Positions 12,401-25,892 of a stretch of DNA of 64,000 nucleotides are shown in pieces (position 1 is the first letter of the stretch; each line of letters begins with the position of its first letter). Both the position numbers and the translations under genes were made by a program. The notes under the pieces were generated by a model, which was not told where the DNA came from, made no database searches, and saw only the letters and a list, made by a program, of their open reading frames with translations. Source of the stretch: Felis catus (lineage: Eukaryota); the NCBI RefSeq assembly GCF_018350175.1, contig NC_058383.1:23252001-23316000 (forward strand), given 5' to 3'.

Positions 12401-15122
12401 TTCTAGATTAAAATTTGATTAGCAGTCAGAGGCCTGCTGAGAGTGGCCGCCTCTGAGAGACGACTAAGGCTGGTCCTGGGACTGTGGCTCCTCTGACACC
12501 CAGTCACCTCACCCCCCCCCACAGACACTTGGGGCACAGCCCGGCCCAACGGGTGTCTCTGAAACAAGAACCACCTGCCCAGCAGGTACAGATGTCCACA
12601 CAGTTTGCACCAGCAGTGGACTGGGCTCGGCTCTGTCCAGCCGCTGCAGGATACAAGCAGAGACACGGTGGAGACTGCTGCCCACGGGCCTGGAGCCCCT
12701 GGTGGACCCCCAGAGTGGGCTGGGGCCCTGGAGGCCAAAACAGTAGCTTCCACATCCAAAGCCCGGGACGAGACTGGCCGTCTCAGCCATTCCCTCCACA
12801 AAGATTCACTGAGAACCTACGATGTGCCAGAGGTGGGTCCACGCCGTAGGGACGGCCCCAGCGAGCAAACAAGTCAATTCCTACCAAGAGGGGGAGAGAC
12901 GCCCTTCCCCCAAAGCAAATTATATCTCACAAAGCGGTCACTGCTCTGAAGGAAAGTAAAGCACAAGTGGGATGGGGAATTCCGACGCGTACGGAAGGGT
13001 GGTCGCAACTTCAAATAGAGCCGTCAGGGAGAGTCGCACACTGAAGCAGATTCGAGTGAAACAGGGGAGCAAGGCCCGTGGCTATCCTGGGGGAGAGGAG
13101 TCCGGCGAAGGGCGATTGTGAGGCTGGGTGTGCCTGACACGCCTGGGGAGGAGCGACGTGCTGGACATCGGCGGTGGGGTGGGGGGTCCGGCGGACCTGG
13201 GGCTGCGCATCATCAGAACTCCGGCTCTGCAGCCCCCTTGTCCCACTCACTACCTGTCAGGCCCAGGTACTGCTGGAGATTAAGATTTCAGGTTTACTTC
13301 AGCTACAAAGCCGCAGGTTATAGATTGCTGGAAACTTCCGTCAAGACGGGCAGTGGGAATTCTGAAGGCAGACGTGGACCCTTCGTCTAAGAGGCCTGCT
13401 CTGGCTCGAGACTAAGACAGGAGGGTGAGCATGGTGGAGTCTTGATGTGGAAGCCCAGAAAGGAGATCAGCAAAGTCTGGCAGCTGCTACACCAGAAACG
13501 AGAATGAGTGGTAACGTTTTCATTCAATTATATTCGCAACAAATAATCACAGAGCAGGTGCTAGATTCAGTCGCCTAGCCCTCTGCAAATGTGCGTCTCC
13601 AGTATCTCTTCCAAAATGATGAGAGGTGGTTTGCTTTGTTTGCAGACAGGAACAAGACCCGTGAGTGGTGCCAAACACCTCATACCTGTCTCTGTCGTGA
13701 GGGCCCGGCTCTTTCCAGAGCGTGGTGCCGGGAACATCTGATGGGGAAAATTGGGAGAGGAGACAGGATCCGGAAACAAGAACAGAGTGGTTTCATCCTA
13801 CTCCCAACCGGCAAGACTTTGGGCTTTCTGTATTACACTGATGTAGCACTCTGCAATCCATGTGGGGAATTCATGATCATCATCCCACAGAAGGCCAGCG
13901 AAGAGAGCCATTTCCCTCCTTTCACAACACAGGAACGGGCTCAGAGGGGTAAAGGGACCTGTCTGAGATCACACAGTACAAAGCAGGGACTTGAACCCAG
14001 GCTGACGGGACGTTTCATGCTCTTTCTCGTCGGGTTTCCTTGCTAAATTGACTACCTCCCCAGAATAGCTCGCTCCTCAAATAGAAAAAACCGGTTCTAA
14101 AATAGGTCTTCCTAGAATTATATTCATAATAACACAGTAATCTAATTATCCCGTACTTCATGATTCGAGAATGTAAAACACCTTGGTCGTTTCAGCAGCT
14201 GAATTTTCTGGTTCAAAGACAAGGGCCGTCCACACCACAAATGTGTTTATGCAGAACTGCCTCCACAGTCCCTGAGCCGCTCAAGGGGGCCAAGCTGGGT
14301 GTGGGCCTCTCACCCCTGGTGTCTCATCGCGCCCGGCGCCTTGGAGACGTCAGGGAAGGTCTGCAAAACGAATGAATGAGCAGCAACACAAAAGCCATCC
14401 TACTTGATGGTCCCTTACAGCTCTCCTTCAGCTCCCCTCCGATGCACCGAGTGGCTTATTAATTATGGATGGAGACGGAGGCTCTGAAACAGGAGCTGAT
14501 GTGGGTATAATCACACCCTGTGTTTGCATGATCATAAGTAGATTATTAAAAATGGATAAGGCAGCCATAATTGGGCTCCAGCCTACCAGAAATCTTAGAG
14601 GAAGCAGACGGAGCATTTGGGCATTTTCTGTGCTTTAATCTAAACCAGCAGAAAAAAACAAATTGATTGGAAGATTGTCTTTCACGTTCCATTACTGATG
14701 TGCGGGCTATCATTAGCAAAGGGATCACTGCAAAAGCTCTCCCCAGCATGGAATCAGAGATGGGGGGATTTTATGTAGAGAGAGTCAAACTTTGTTCTGT
14801 TTGTCAGGCTCTTCTGAGAGTTTGGGCATTTGGCCAAAGTTGTAAGTGAATTTTTCCCCAAACACATTTCCCTTTCATTTTGAAATGGGCCCGGAAAGGA
14901 AATGATATTAACGCGTTTTCCACTGTTTATGCTTTAAAATCATCTTGAATACTCATCAAGAGGCTTTGCTGGGAATAAGAAGGGGGTGCTTTCTTAAAGA
15001 GAAATCATCCAGCATAACGTACGTGCAGAAAGATGCAGGCTATTTTCTCATATAAAAATTATGACCGTGGAAACCCATGGTTAACAAGTAAATACATGTA
15101 AATAACCAAGGAAGACCATTTA

Positions 15123-15137
15123 AGTTTATTTACTTAC

Positions 15138-15174
<37 letters not shown>

Positions 15175-15333
15175 CGCGCACACACCCAGGGGAGGGGCAG
15201 AAAGAGAGGGAGAGACAGAATCCCAAGCAGGCTCCACGCCCGATGCGGGCCTCGAACTCGTGAACCATGAGATCATGACCTGAGCTGAAACCAAGATTCT
15301 GATGCTCAACTGACTGAGCCACCCAGGAGCCCC
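15123..15333 (-). mobile_element. Can-SINE (SINEC) with TSD
   Basis: TSD aaggaagaccattta (15108-15122) / aaggaaggccattta (15334-15348). Confidence 0.93.
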
Positions 15334-15593
15334 AAGGAAGGCCATTTACTGAGTGCTTATACCATATTATGAGGCATGTATTACCATCTCCACTTTACAG
15401 AAGAGAAAACAAAGGTTTGAGGTCAAGTGACAAAGCCAAAACCGAACCCAGCCCTGTCTGAATCCACACTGCACGGTCATCCACAGTTGTTGTACAAATG
15501 GGAGTCATTAAAATTAATACTATTTTGTCACTGTACTTAGCATTAGGAAATACCACATAAAGTCATGGGTGTGAGACCAAACAATCTTTTTTT

Positions 15594-15815
15594 TTTTTTA
15601 ATTTTTTTTTCAATGTTTTTATTTATTTTTGGGACAGAGAGAGACAGAGCATGAACGGGGGAGGGGCAGAGAGAGAGGGAGACACAGAATCGGAAACAGG
15701 CTCCAGGCTCCGAGCCATCAGCCCAGAGCCCGACCCGGGGCTCGAACTCACGGACCGTGAGATCGTGACCTGGCTGAAGTCGGACACTTAACCGACTGCG
15801 CCACCCAGGCGCCCC
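15594..15815 (-). mobile_element. Young CpG-rich felid SINEC
   Basis: Near-consensus young-type body with many CpGs intact; TSD caaacaatcttttttt on both sides. Confidence 0.95.
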
Positions 15816-16829
15816 CAAACAATCTTTTTTTTAAAACACACAGGTGTTATTTAGCCTTACGTTCCTCACTTATAAAATGGGGGTGATAGTAGTATATATC
15901 TGGGGGGTTGTTGTAAGGATTAAATGACATAGCATATATAAAACACCCAGGGAAGCACCTCATATATTATGTTATATATTAGTATCGAATAAAAGGTTAT
16001 TGAAATTACGTAGCAACTGTTGAAATGTTTTTATTCTAACAATTGAATGATACCCTCCGGCATCCGATCTAAGGGGTGGAAAAGCCTACAGAAATTACTC
16101 AGCCCTTCTCCCTCCTATAAAGGCCCAGAGGAGAGACATGACATGCCCAAGGCAGAGAAAAATCCAGATTGCTGCTTCCTGGGGTCCTCTGAAGTTACTA
16201 CCAGCCTGATGATCTATCGGCTACCACATGGAGGCAGACATGAGCCCCTCCTGCTCTTCCAGGGCCTAACCCACTGGTCCCAGAATGGACTTACCCCCAT
16301 TCTCTACCACCAGAAATGCTAAGAGGTAAGGAAGGGATGGGGAAAGCATGGTTTCTTAGGGTGTATGTTTGGGGGCTAAGCACGGGGGCAGGGGAGAAGA
16401 ATCATCCTATGTTAGCAATAAGGTTTCTACTTCTGAGAAATGACACGAGGGCTTACATATGTAAACATGCAAAAGCAAGCTAAAGAAACCACATCAGGCC
16501 TGGTAGCTCAGGAAAAGGAACTGCAGCTTGCCAAAAGAACCACTGAGTAACAAGACCGTAAGAGGCCTGCTATTTGATACTGGCCTCTAAGGCGCCTTTA
16601 TGCAGTTAGCAAAAGATGCCCCATCTGATACTTCCATCTGTCAGAAAACTAAAAGTTATACAAATCTATACGATCTATGATATGACTTGGGCTCCAGGGG
16701 ATGTGGCATGGTTGTATTGTGCACAACATGCCCAACCATACAGAGCAGACCTGTTGGGTAAGTTCACAGCTTGCTACTCTGTGGAAACAAGTTTTACAGA
16801 ATTAAGTAGAGAAGTCTTCTGTAATGGAC

Positions 16830-17355
16830 ATCTACTGTCCATGCCACTACCATTCATTCATCCACCTTACAGTAACAGTCCCCAAACATTTCTTTTCAGG
16901 ATTTGGATGTGGCAGATTTCAGTCCCTGCTTGAGAAGTGGGCATATAACCCATGCCTAAGCTGGGCAGGAAATCCCACCCACTATGTGATGAGAGTGGTT
17001 CGAAGAGGAGCACGTGACCTAATCAGAGTCAATGAGTCTACAAGCAGATTCTTCCTGAAAATGCTGGGAGAACAGAGAATGTTCCTTCTGTTTTTGGAAC
17101 CGTAAAGATATGAAGGCTGAAGCTATAGTGGGCATCTTGCCATCATAGAAAGCCTGAGAATCCTGAGAATAGAGGGGAAGGAAGGAGAGACAGACAGACA
17201 GACAGACACTTGATGCACTGTTTCGAATACCCCTGAACCCAGCCATCCCTGAAGCCACTATAACTCTCAAACACTTCAGTTACATGAGACAATAAATTCT
17301 CTTTTGCTTAAGCCAGTCTGGGTTTGTTTTTATGTCACTCCCACACAAGAGTCCC
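16830..17355 (+). mobile_element. MaLR LTR (MLT1-like)
   Basis: Ends gagacaataaattctcttttgcttaagccagtctgggtttgttttt...cacaaga. Confidence 0.7.
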
Positions 17356-17599
17356 AAGCTTTGCAAAACCCTCACCGTGAGGGCTCTGGACACCTGGGGT
17401 GTTGGAACCATGCCATGGTGCCCTTGTCAAATGTGGAGAAGTCCCAATCCAGTGCTGGGACTGTCTGTGGCCTTCTCTTCCTTCTCTGTTCCCCCAGGAT
17501 GCTCAATCCCTGAACTTGCAAAATCTTCCAGCTCAGGATCCAGGGTGGGGGTGTGGTTACTAGAAGAGTCCACTCACCTCCACGTGAGAGGAAATGCCA

Positions 17600-18480
17600 G
17601 ACCTGGATAGAAGTCTCATCAACTAAAAATACTGAAAAAACATGAAGCCTATGAGAAGTGAGTCATAAAATGGGCAGGAAAAACATGCTTTTGAAAATGA
17701 TTTTCTGCAGGAAACAGAAGCAAATTCCAATAGCATTTACTTCATACTTGTCATAAAATTAAAGAAAATGCAAACATTGTGAATCAAAAACATAGATGAG
17801 ATTTAAAAAGAGATGAAAATCATTATGGTTTTGAGGCACAAAGAAATTAAACTATTTAACAATGCATTTGGTCCAGTAATAGCTAAATTAGCAATGCAGA
17901 AAAGCAATTCGCTGGCAAAAAGGCCAAGCTTGAGAAAGTGAACCAGGATTCAGAAGCGAAAATGGTGAGGGACGGGAGATACCTAAAGACAAGCCATGTG
18001 ACATCACACACGCAAAATGTGCATCGATGAACAAAATACCAAAACAAATGTAGCAGGAGCAATGTTTGATACAAGAAAAAAGTTTCCTGAAATAAAGATA
18101 AACCAAATCTGTGCTTCAAAACGAATGCAAATCCTATCAGGAAAAAAAAATTCATTAAGAGACACTAAAACCTAGACGCATATCCTGGTTAAAGTTCTAA
18201 CTTCGAGGAAAAGAACTCAACAGATTCTCAGGACAAGAGCCTACCTACAGAGGAAAAAAGTCAGATGTCACCTCTGTGGCATCAGACAGAAGGCAATGTC
18301 TAGTTTTGAGGGTCCTGGAAGCCGCTGGCAAGCCCAGCACTCTCCACACACAGCCAGGCTGCCGTCCCCATGTGCAGTAACAGGACAGTTTCAGCTACAG
18401 AAGGCTCAGAACGCTCAACACTTACATTCTATACCATTGAACTAATCCTCCAGCCAATCATCAACTGACTCAAAATACAA
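17600..18480 (+). mobile_element. Old L1 ORF1-like / HAL1-like relic
   Basis: A-rich sequence with ORF1-like phrases (aaaagtttcctgaaataaag, acctagacgcatatcctggttaaa). Confidence 0.5.
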
Positions 18481-18978
18481 TGCTGAGACCACGTGTGTCT
18501 GTGCTTATAAACGAAAAGCTGGATGAAATGGATGTTTTTCTAGGAAAAGGTAAATCACCGAAATCGTCTCCAGAAGAGTCACCCTGCTTAGACCAATAAG
18601 CCTGCCAGGCTTCTTGCTCCACAGACAGCCGGCCCCAGCGGATGCCCAGTCTCCATGGATTTTATCTGCTTTGTCTGCCAGTGCTGGGGACATGCCTTCC
18701 ATGGAGCTTTTCTGTGCATGGCAGCCTTCCAGGCTTGGAGGAAGCCCAACCACCATGCCCGCTTCTGCATTACAAATCTCGGCCTGCCCGTGGCCCCGTC
18801 CCCTCCTCTCAGGATGGGGAGAGTGACGCTGCCTGCATGCACCTTCATACCAACCTCAGGGCCACCAGTCCAGCAGGGATTCCTTACAGTTTCTACCAAA
18901 CAGGTGACGCTACTCGCATAACAGGATCCAAAACCAATGCAAGACTTTCCTCCTGTTGTGTTGACTATTCTCATGGGA

Positions 18979-18980
<2 letters not shown>

Positions 18981-19024
<44 letters not shown>
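18981..19024 (+). repeat. (GT)22 microsatellite
   Basis: Perfect dinucleotide run. Confidence 0.98.
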
Positions 19025-19025
<1 letters not shown>

Positions 19026-19199
19026 TGTCTGTGGGCTGGGGCGGTGGGGAGGCGGAAACTGAGGGAGGGGGAAAACATCAGTGCCTGTTTTCTCCAACAG
19101 TCCGGGATTCTCTTTTACCCATTCACGGCCTCCTGAAATAGCAGCAGTAGAAATTTTTTTCCAAATCCCTTCTCTTCTCTATGGAAGAATTTATTGAGA

Positions 19200-19520
19200 G
19201 TCCAAACCACATGGACATAAAGAAGCTAGACAGAAATGAGTAAATGCTATACAAGACATTGGATGATTCGGGCTATGTGAAGTCTGGGAACAGGCAAAAT
19301 TAACCTTAGGTAACAGAAGACAGAATAGTGATTACCTCTGAGGGGGTAGTGATTGCCTGGAGAGGGGCACAAAGGGACTTTCTGAGCTGATGGAATGTTC
19401 TAGATCTTGATGTGAGTCGTGGTTACACTGGTGCATACAGATGTAAAAACTGATCAAGCCATACCCTTGGGTTTGGTGCGGTTTACTGTATGCAAATTAT
19501 ACCTCAATTTGAAAAAAACC
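19200..19520 (+). mobile_element. L1M 3' end relic
   Basis: gatggaatgttctagatcttgat...tactgtatgcaaattatacctcaat followed by an A tail. Confidence 0.75.
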
Positions 19521-20169
19521 TCCTTCCAAGTGGGTGGAAAAGGTAAGCTAATATAAAATGGAATTGCTTGTTTGGTAGGTAAAGAAAAAAAAAAAGCTTC
19601 TATAATTTCTTTTGTGCAGATTAGTCAGAACCTGATCCTTTTCTCAGTTTGGGAACCAAACTACATAAAAAGATCCTAGGGGATGTGAGGATTTTATAAA
19701 GGACCAAAAGGAACCAATTTTCATCTTTGCTGAGAAAGTACAGAATGAATTAGACTCCTCAGAGACACCAGTCACCGTTGAATGGACGGAGTCGTCTGGG
19801 ATGGAGGGGCCAGCCTGAAATGACGGGAGAAAAAACAAGCCGTAACAACCAGCTGGAGAAAAGTCTTCAGACAAACTGAACGTGACAGAGAAGGGAAGGG
19901 GCAGGTCTCGCGAGGCAGAGAGTCATTAAGGGCTTTGGGAGGCAAGGAAGAAGGGGACGTGCAGCTTGAGGGATGAATCTTTGGGGCCCAAGGTGGTGCC
20001 TTCCTTCCCTCGGGGTATCTGGGGACTAGTAAGAATCTAAGCTGCTGTGCTTGGCCACCCTTTGCTGAAGGAAATGACCGGGGACCAGGGCCAGCAAGGA
20101 GATTATGAAGTTTAGCTAAGGGGAACCATTTACGAGCTTGCGTCCTAAAACGCGGTGCCCTTATTTGCC

Positions 20170-20835
20170 ATCCTATCTGCCACTTATTACCAACAATGCT
20201 GCATTAAAAACCTCCGCCCAAACTCAGGTTTCAAAGGCTGGTCACTTATTTTTGCTCAGCTATCTATAGATAGGCGGGAAGTTTGGTGATCTAGCCCTGG
20301 GCTTCTCGACCTCAGCACTGCTGATGTTTGGGGCCAGGGAATTCTTTGTCGGGGGCGGGGGGGAGGGGGGGACTGTCCTGCGCATGGTAGCAGTCTAGCA
20401 GTATCCCTGACCACAGAGGCCCACTAGATGCCCACAGAGCACCCTCCTCCTAGTCTCCGGACACTGTCAAATATCCCCCCGTGAGCTACCATCACCTTCA
20501 GGTGAGAACCGCTGCTCCAGGCTGAGCTTGCGCGGGGCTCACCTGTGCTTGGGTGTAAGCTTCCAGTCGGGGCCAGGCCTGCGCCACATGTCTCCCATCC
20601 TTCTAGGACCTGTTGGCTACCTGGGGCATGTTCTTGCAATGAGTGCAGAAGCACAAGGGAGCAAGCCCCGTGACCCAAGCACATTTCAAGTCTTTGTTCA
20701 CGTGACATCAACACTAACATCCCTTTGGGCAAAGTGTGTCACATGACCAAGGCCAACCCTGCTGGAGTAAGGAAGCATACTATGCCATGATGGAGGGAAG
20801 AGGCGTGTGAATATTTACGGAACGGCAATCCAAAC
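20170..20835 (-). mobile_element. MaLR LTR (MLT1-like), split by MER20
   Basis: caacaatgctgcattaaaaacc...; gtcacatgaccaaggcc...gtgtgaatattt. Confidence 0.6.
20296..20514 (+). mobile_element. MER20-like hAT-Charlie non-autonomous DNA transposon
   Basis: cttctcgacctcagcactgctgatgtttgggg...gactgtcctgcgcat...cccactagatgcc...tgagaaccgctg. Confidence 0.8.
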
Positions 20836-21037
20836 GATCCCAGCCATCAACACCATCGCTGGCGTAAAATTCTATCAGTCTAGGAAGTTCTTTATGTTTT
20901 ATCTTAACGTTACCCTAGAGGACACAGCGGGGATGTGATACAACCGGCAGGGGGTGGAGGCCTCCCATGGGTCAGGAGAATATGTATTATATCTGAGAGC
21001 TTCCTCCTTTAAGAGGATGAATTTTTATCATTATTCC

Positions 21038-21229
21038 TTTTTCTTTTTTAGGGAAAGAGAGAGTGTGAGTGGGGGTAAGGGGCAGAGAGAGAGAGAGGGA
21101 GAGACAATCTTAAGCAGACTCCATGTTCAGTGCAGAGCCGGATGTGGGGTTTGAACCCACAACCCTGGGATCATGACCTGAGCCAAAATCCACAGTCAGA
21201 TGCGTCTGACGGAGCCACACAGGCGCCCC
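21038..21229 (-). mobile_element. Can-SINE (SINEC)
   Basis: SINEC body ending aggcgcccc. Confidence 0.88.
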
Positions 21230-21289
21230 TCATCCTTATTCCTAAATCCACATACAACAGCTGTGCCACCCCAAAGAGGGGACGCGGGC

Positions 21290-21490
21290 TACCACAGAGA
21301 ACAAAACGACTGACTTGGAACCTGAAGACTTGAGTTCTAGTCCTTGCTTTGCTCTTTACTACCTGTTTGACCTTGGGCCTGTCCCTTGACTCCACTACAA
21401 CTTTGGTTTCCTCATCTACACAGTGGGGCTATGTTCGTTTCTACCCAATAGTTAATGTAAGGGTTAAATGACGTAATGCATATAAAATGC
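21290..21490 (+). mobile_element. MIR
   Basis: tgaccttgggc...tttcctcatctaca...gtaagggttaaatga. Confidence 0.75.
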
Positions 21491-21492
21491 AC

Positions 21493-22047
21493 GTGGCTGA
21501 CGGTTTGCAAGATGACCCCATCAATTCCTTGCCTCCCTGCACATACATGTCACTTCTCCCAGAAGAGACAGGCTCTGATTCCCCTGCCCTTGAATCTAGA
21601 CTGGCCTCAGTGACTGGCTTGCTTAAGACACAGCAAAAGTGATGTTCTGGGACTTCTGAGGCTCGGTCATAAGAAGTCTTGCAACTTCTGCATGGACTTC
21701 TTGCAATGCTTGCTTTTGAGATGCTTCTTCTCAGATCCCAGGTGCCATGCTGCCAGGAGTCCAAGCCACGTGGAGAGGCCACAGGCCATCACTCTGGTTG
21801 ACAGTCCCAGCTGACTGCTGGGCACCAACTGCCAGCCGTGTGAGAGGGCCACCTTGGATGTTCCTCCCTGCAGAACCTTCAGATGATCGCGGCACCAGCT
21901 GACACATGACTGCAACTGCATGCGAGATGCTGGGCCCTGTCTGCCCCATAGAACAAGGAGCCGTGATAATAAGCTGCTGATTTAAGCGACTGGGGGGAGG
22001 GGGAGTAGGCGGGGTTGTTTGTTACACAGCACAGACAGCCGCAACAG
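21493..22047 (+). mobile_element. MaLR LTR (MLT1E/F-like)
   Basis: cccttgaatctagactggcctcagtgact...gttgtttgttacacagca. Confidence 0.8.
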
Positions 22048-22260
22048 TGTCATGCGGTAGTAAGGTATTATAGGGTTATAGCACCGTATGCAGCTAGGGG
22101 GAGCATCGCACCCATTCAACCCTACCACAGTTATCACACTGAACAACTGTGCTTTATGCCACTCAGTAGACACGGTCTCTTTTTCTGATAATACAGCATC
22201 CCAGTTCTGTTTGGAGGAACCACCCTATCCCTGCATGTGGTTTGGGAAGGGGTTCCCATA

Positions 22261-22454
22261 TAGAGTTGCCGGTTTTAGTAAATTAAAATACAGGATATCC
22301 AGTCAAGCTTGAACTTCTGATAAAGAATAAATAATTATTTAGTGTAAGTACATCCCTTGTGATATTTGGGACTTCCTTATGCTAAAGATATTTTTTTATC
22401 TGAAATTCAGATTTAACTGGGGACCCTGAATTTTATTTTATGGGGGCAACCCTA
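22261..22454. mobile_element. MER53 palindromic non-autonomous DNA transposon, nested in an MLT1 relic
   Basis: Termini tagagttgcc...ggcaacccta. The internal arms are imperfect inverted repeats matching the recalled MER53 consensus. Confidence 0.88.
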
Positions 22455-23168
22455 CTCCTGTATGCAGCCCCAGAAGTGGAAATGACCCACACTAAGATGA
22501 TAGTGCATTGCAATGTCATAGCATGGTTATCACGTCAGTATGGCTATATTACTTAATCTGGGGCAATGAGAGAGGGACTCCCAGGATTTGTGTGAGAGTT
22601 ATTTGAGGGGACCCTGTCCCTCTTGTTGAACTGAGTGCTGTGATGATGTGAAGCTTAGAACCTGAGGATGGAGATAACCCAGAGGGAGCAGATCCGAAAG
22701 AAGGCCCTGGACCAAGCCTTTCCTGAAGCTGCTCCCAGGCAGAAACATTAAGAGCCAGTGCACACCATTTAGCACATTCCCTTTCCACTTCTGTGGTGAC
22801 CTGGGGAGCACATATCCAGAAGAGGCCTTCACGAGCTGGGTCCCTGCGTGACCATGAGATGCAGACATCCCCTGCTCATACTGAACGACGATAGCATGAG
22901 TAAGAAACCAGCCTTTGCCGTGCTAAGCCACTGACACACTGGGGCTGTGGGTTACCTACAGCATAGTCTTGCCTACTCAGTGTGTGTACGTGGAGTTAGC
23001 ACGAGAACTTGACAATAAAACGGGTGCCTTCCCACAGACAGAAGATGGGCCACAGCACGTCCACGCGGCAACATCTTAGTAAAAGGCTTCTTCCTCCTTC
23101 TTTTACACCATTGGTCTCTGGGTGAGCTGGCTGATCTTAAAGACATGGAGGAGGACTGAACTATTTTA

Positions 23169-23203
23169 TTATTTTTTAAAAAATTGTTTTAATGTTTATT
23201 TAT

Positions 23204-23250
<47 letters not shown>

Positions 23251-23412
23251 CGAGGGGAGAGGGGCGGAAGAGGGAGACACAGAATCGGAAGCAGGCTCCA
23301 GGCTCCAAGCTGTCAGCACAGAGCCTGATGCAGGGCTCTAACTCAACGATCCGCAAGATCATGACCTGAGCCGAAGTCAGATGCTCAACCGACTGAGCCA
23401 CCCAGGTGCCCC
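23169..23412 (-). mobile_element. Can-SINE (SINEC) with (GA)20 at 23206-23245
   Basis: TSD aggactgaactatttta / aggactggactgtttta. Confidence 0.94.
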
Positions 23413-24076
23413 AGGACTGGACTGTTTTAAAGAGGTAAGTGTAGGTCTTCGATGAATGAGAACCAGGGAGAGAAACTCTCCACTAAATCCACTATTTCAG
23501 GCACACAGCACACTTCACGGCCCTTGGGGCGTTTAAGCACACCATGCTGAAGTTCACTCCCATTTCCTAGGTGAGAAAAACAAGGCACAGAGAGACAAAA
23601 ACACCTGCCTGAATCACATGGTTTCATTGTCCAAATCTGCTGGATTTAAAATGTTTCAACATGTGAAAGCTTTTACAGATTCTCAGGGTGAATGCAAGAT
23701 TTGAGAAAGCAGCTGGATAATTTTATGGCGCGTACAACCTGCTGCTAGGATGAATGCAATCAATCTAAAGGCCTCAGAAAATCACCGCCGTCCACGGGAG
23801 AGTGTCAGGGTTTCTTCACTCTGCGGCAGGCGTGGGGATAATCACCCAGCCCCGCGTCAAGTTCTGGTCTCGCTAACAGACAGCGGAGAACAAAAGGGAG
23901 GTAGAAATCTACCTGAATACACAGAGCACTTCTCTCCCAGACCAGCAGGGAGGAAGGTGAGCGAGAAGTGACAGAGTCCCCAGGACTGAATGCAGGGACA
24001 CAGGGCTGGGGAGTGAGGTGATGAAGGCGTGTGGAGGCATGCGGACTCCCCAACCGCTCAGAAGCAATCCTGAGAC

Positions 24077-24100
24077 AATCAATCAATCAATCAATCAATC
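24077..24100 (+). repeat. (AATC)6 microsatellite
   Basis: Direct reading. Confidence 0.95.
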
Positions 24101-24210
24101 ACCAAAACAACCTGCCATGTAGAAGTTCTGTTTCGGCTGGCACCTAAAGGCACCATCTTTTGCTCCAATCTATGGGGAACATCAGGGTTCGTTTCTGCTC
24201 ACAGATTCTT

Positions 24211-24404
24211 TATTTTAGAAAGAGAGAGAGAGGGAGGGAGCATGCGTGAGTAGGAGACGGGGGCAGAGGGAGAGCGAGAATCTTAAGCAGGCTCCACGTT
24301 CGGCTGAGACCTTGACACGGGGCTTGATCTCACGATCCTGGGATCATGACCAGAGTCGAAATCAAGAGTCAGATTCTCAACCGACTGAGCCACCCAGGCG
24401 CCCC
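24211..24404 (-). mobile_element. Can-SINE (SINEC); likely donor of the segment duplicated at 27497-27728
   Basis: TSD acagattctt / acaaattctt. Confidence 0.92.
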
Positions 24405-24879
24405 AACAAATTCTTGATGGGACACCTATAATGTGCTGAGGCCTGAAGAAAACATAATCAAGAAGAGGATGCTTTAATTTACTGAGTATCCAGCACAGGC
24501 TCTGTACTGGGAAAAACATTTCATACTTCCTCACTTGAGTCCCTGTAACAACACTCAGAGGTCTTTTCATCCTTGTTTTCCAAATGGGGAAAGTGAGGCT
24601 CAGACAGAGGATGTGACCTTGCCCAAGGTCACATGGTCCATGGAAGAGGCCCACCTGGCCCCCAGATCCATCGTCTTTCAACTCCATCTTGCTGCCGCCG
24701 TGTAACAAAGAATAATCGACAAATGCTGCATTTAAAGGGCTTATCAAGAGAGTGGAGGGGAAGACGCATATTCAAATAAGAATTACAGGATTCCAGAAAA
24801 CACACGAGGCCGGCCTGATCAGGCAAGAATTCAAGGAGAAAATGAGACTCCCAACTGAACAAATGTTCATTTCTTCCTT

Positions 24880-25620
24880 CTTTTTTTTAAAACACTGTGT
24901 GTTGAGAGTTAATCACAGTCCTTGCTCTTTGGCTTTCTCATCACTGCTGGTCTGTGCGTGTCCCCTTTCTTACCTATTTATTAATAATGTATTCACCTCC
25001 ATTCTCCTTCTCCTCTGCCATGGGCAATCCATCCTCATAGATTTAATGTGTATCTTTTTGCTTGAGTATGTTCTTGCAAAATGTATATTGTTTTGCATGT
25101 GGGTCTTTAAAAATTTACATAAGCGGTATTGTGCTGGAAATCTTGTTCCTTCTCCTGCATTTGTCAACTTGGCACTATGCTCTGCAGGTCCGTGTTGCTT
25201 TGTGTCCATCTAATCCGCTGAGTCTGCGTGTGGCATAGGACTCCTCCACGCTGTGTGCCCCCACCTGTGCCCACCCACTTTCCCAGGCCGGACACTGAGG
25301 TGGTGGCCGCCTCCCCACCACCATGACCACACCGCAGTGTCTTTGTGTCTTTTGCGGAGTTCTCTGAGAGTGTCTTTAGGCCGTCTGCCCAGGAATGGAA
25401 CTCTGGAATTTGACAGGTTTTACGTGGCAGTAAGGTCAGACCGCTCCTCAGAGCTACACCTGTCTGCCTTCCTATCAGCAGGGTGGAGAGTCCTCATATC
25501 CCCATGTCCACATCAACACGTGGTGGTATTTTAATTTTTGCTAGTCTAACAGGTGTGAAATGATACCTCAAATTGTTTTAACTTTCATATCTCCAATTAT
25601 AAATGAGTTCAAATCATGCA
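24880..25620 (-). mobile_element. Old L1 (L1ME-like) 3' relic
   Basis: ccatgtccacatcaacac...aggtgtgaaatgatacctca antisense L1 phrases. Confidence 0.6.
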
Positions 25621-25773
25621 TGCAGATTTTTTTTTTTAACTACCTACTATGTTCTTGGTACTGTGGGTGATACTAAACACATATGTGACACTGTCCCAGG
25701 TCTTGCTAAGCTTACATGAGGATACAGAGTAAGGCCAAGCATATAACAAGGGAGGTAGTAAAGGGGGTAGGAT

Positions 25774-25858
25774 GGGGTGCCTGGGTGGCTCAGTTGGTTA
25801 AGTGTCCAACTCTTGGTTTTGGCTCAGGTCATAATCTCATGGTTCATGGATTCCCTCC

Positions 25859-25892
<34 letters not shown>

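Noticed and set aside
18588..19136. 164- and 169-aa ORFs with CV/TH repeats
   Set aside because: Driven by the (GT)22 repeat; no domain.
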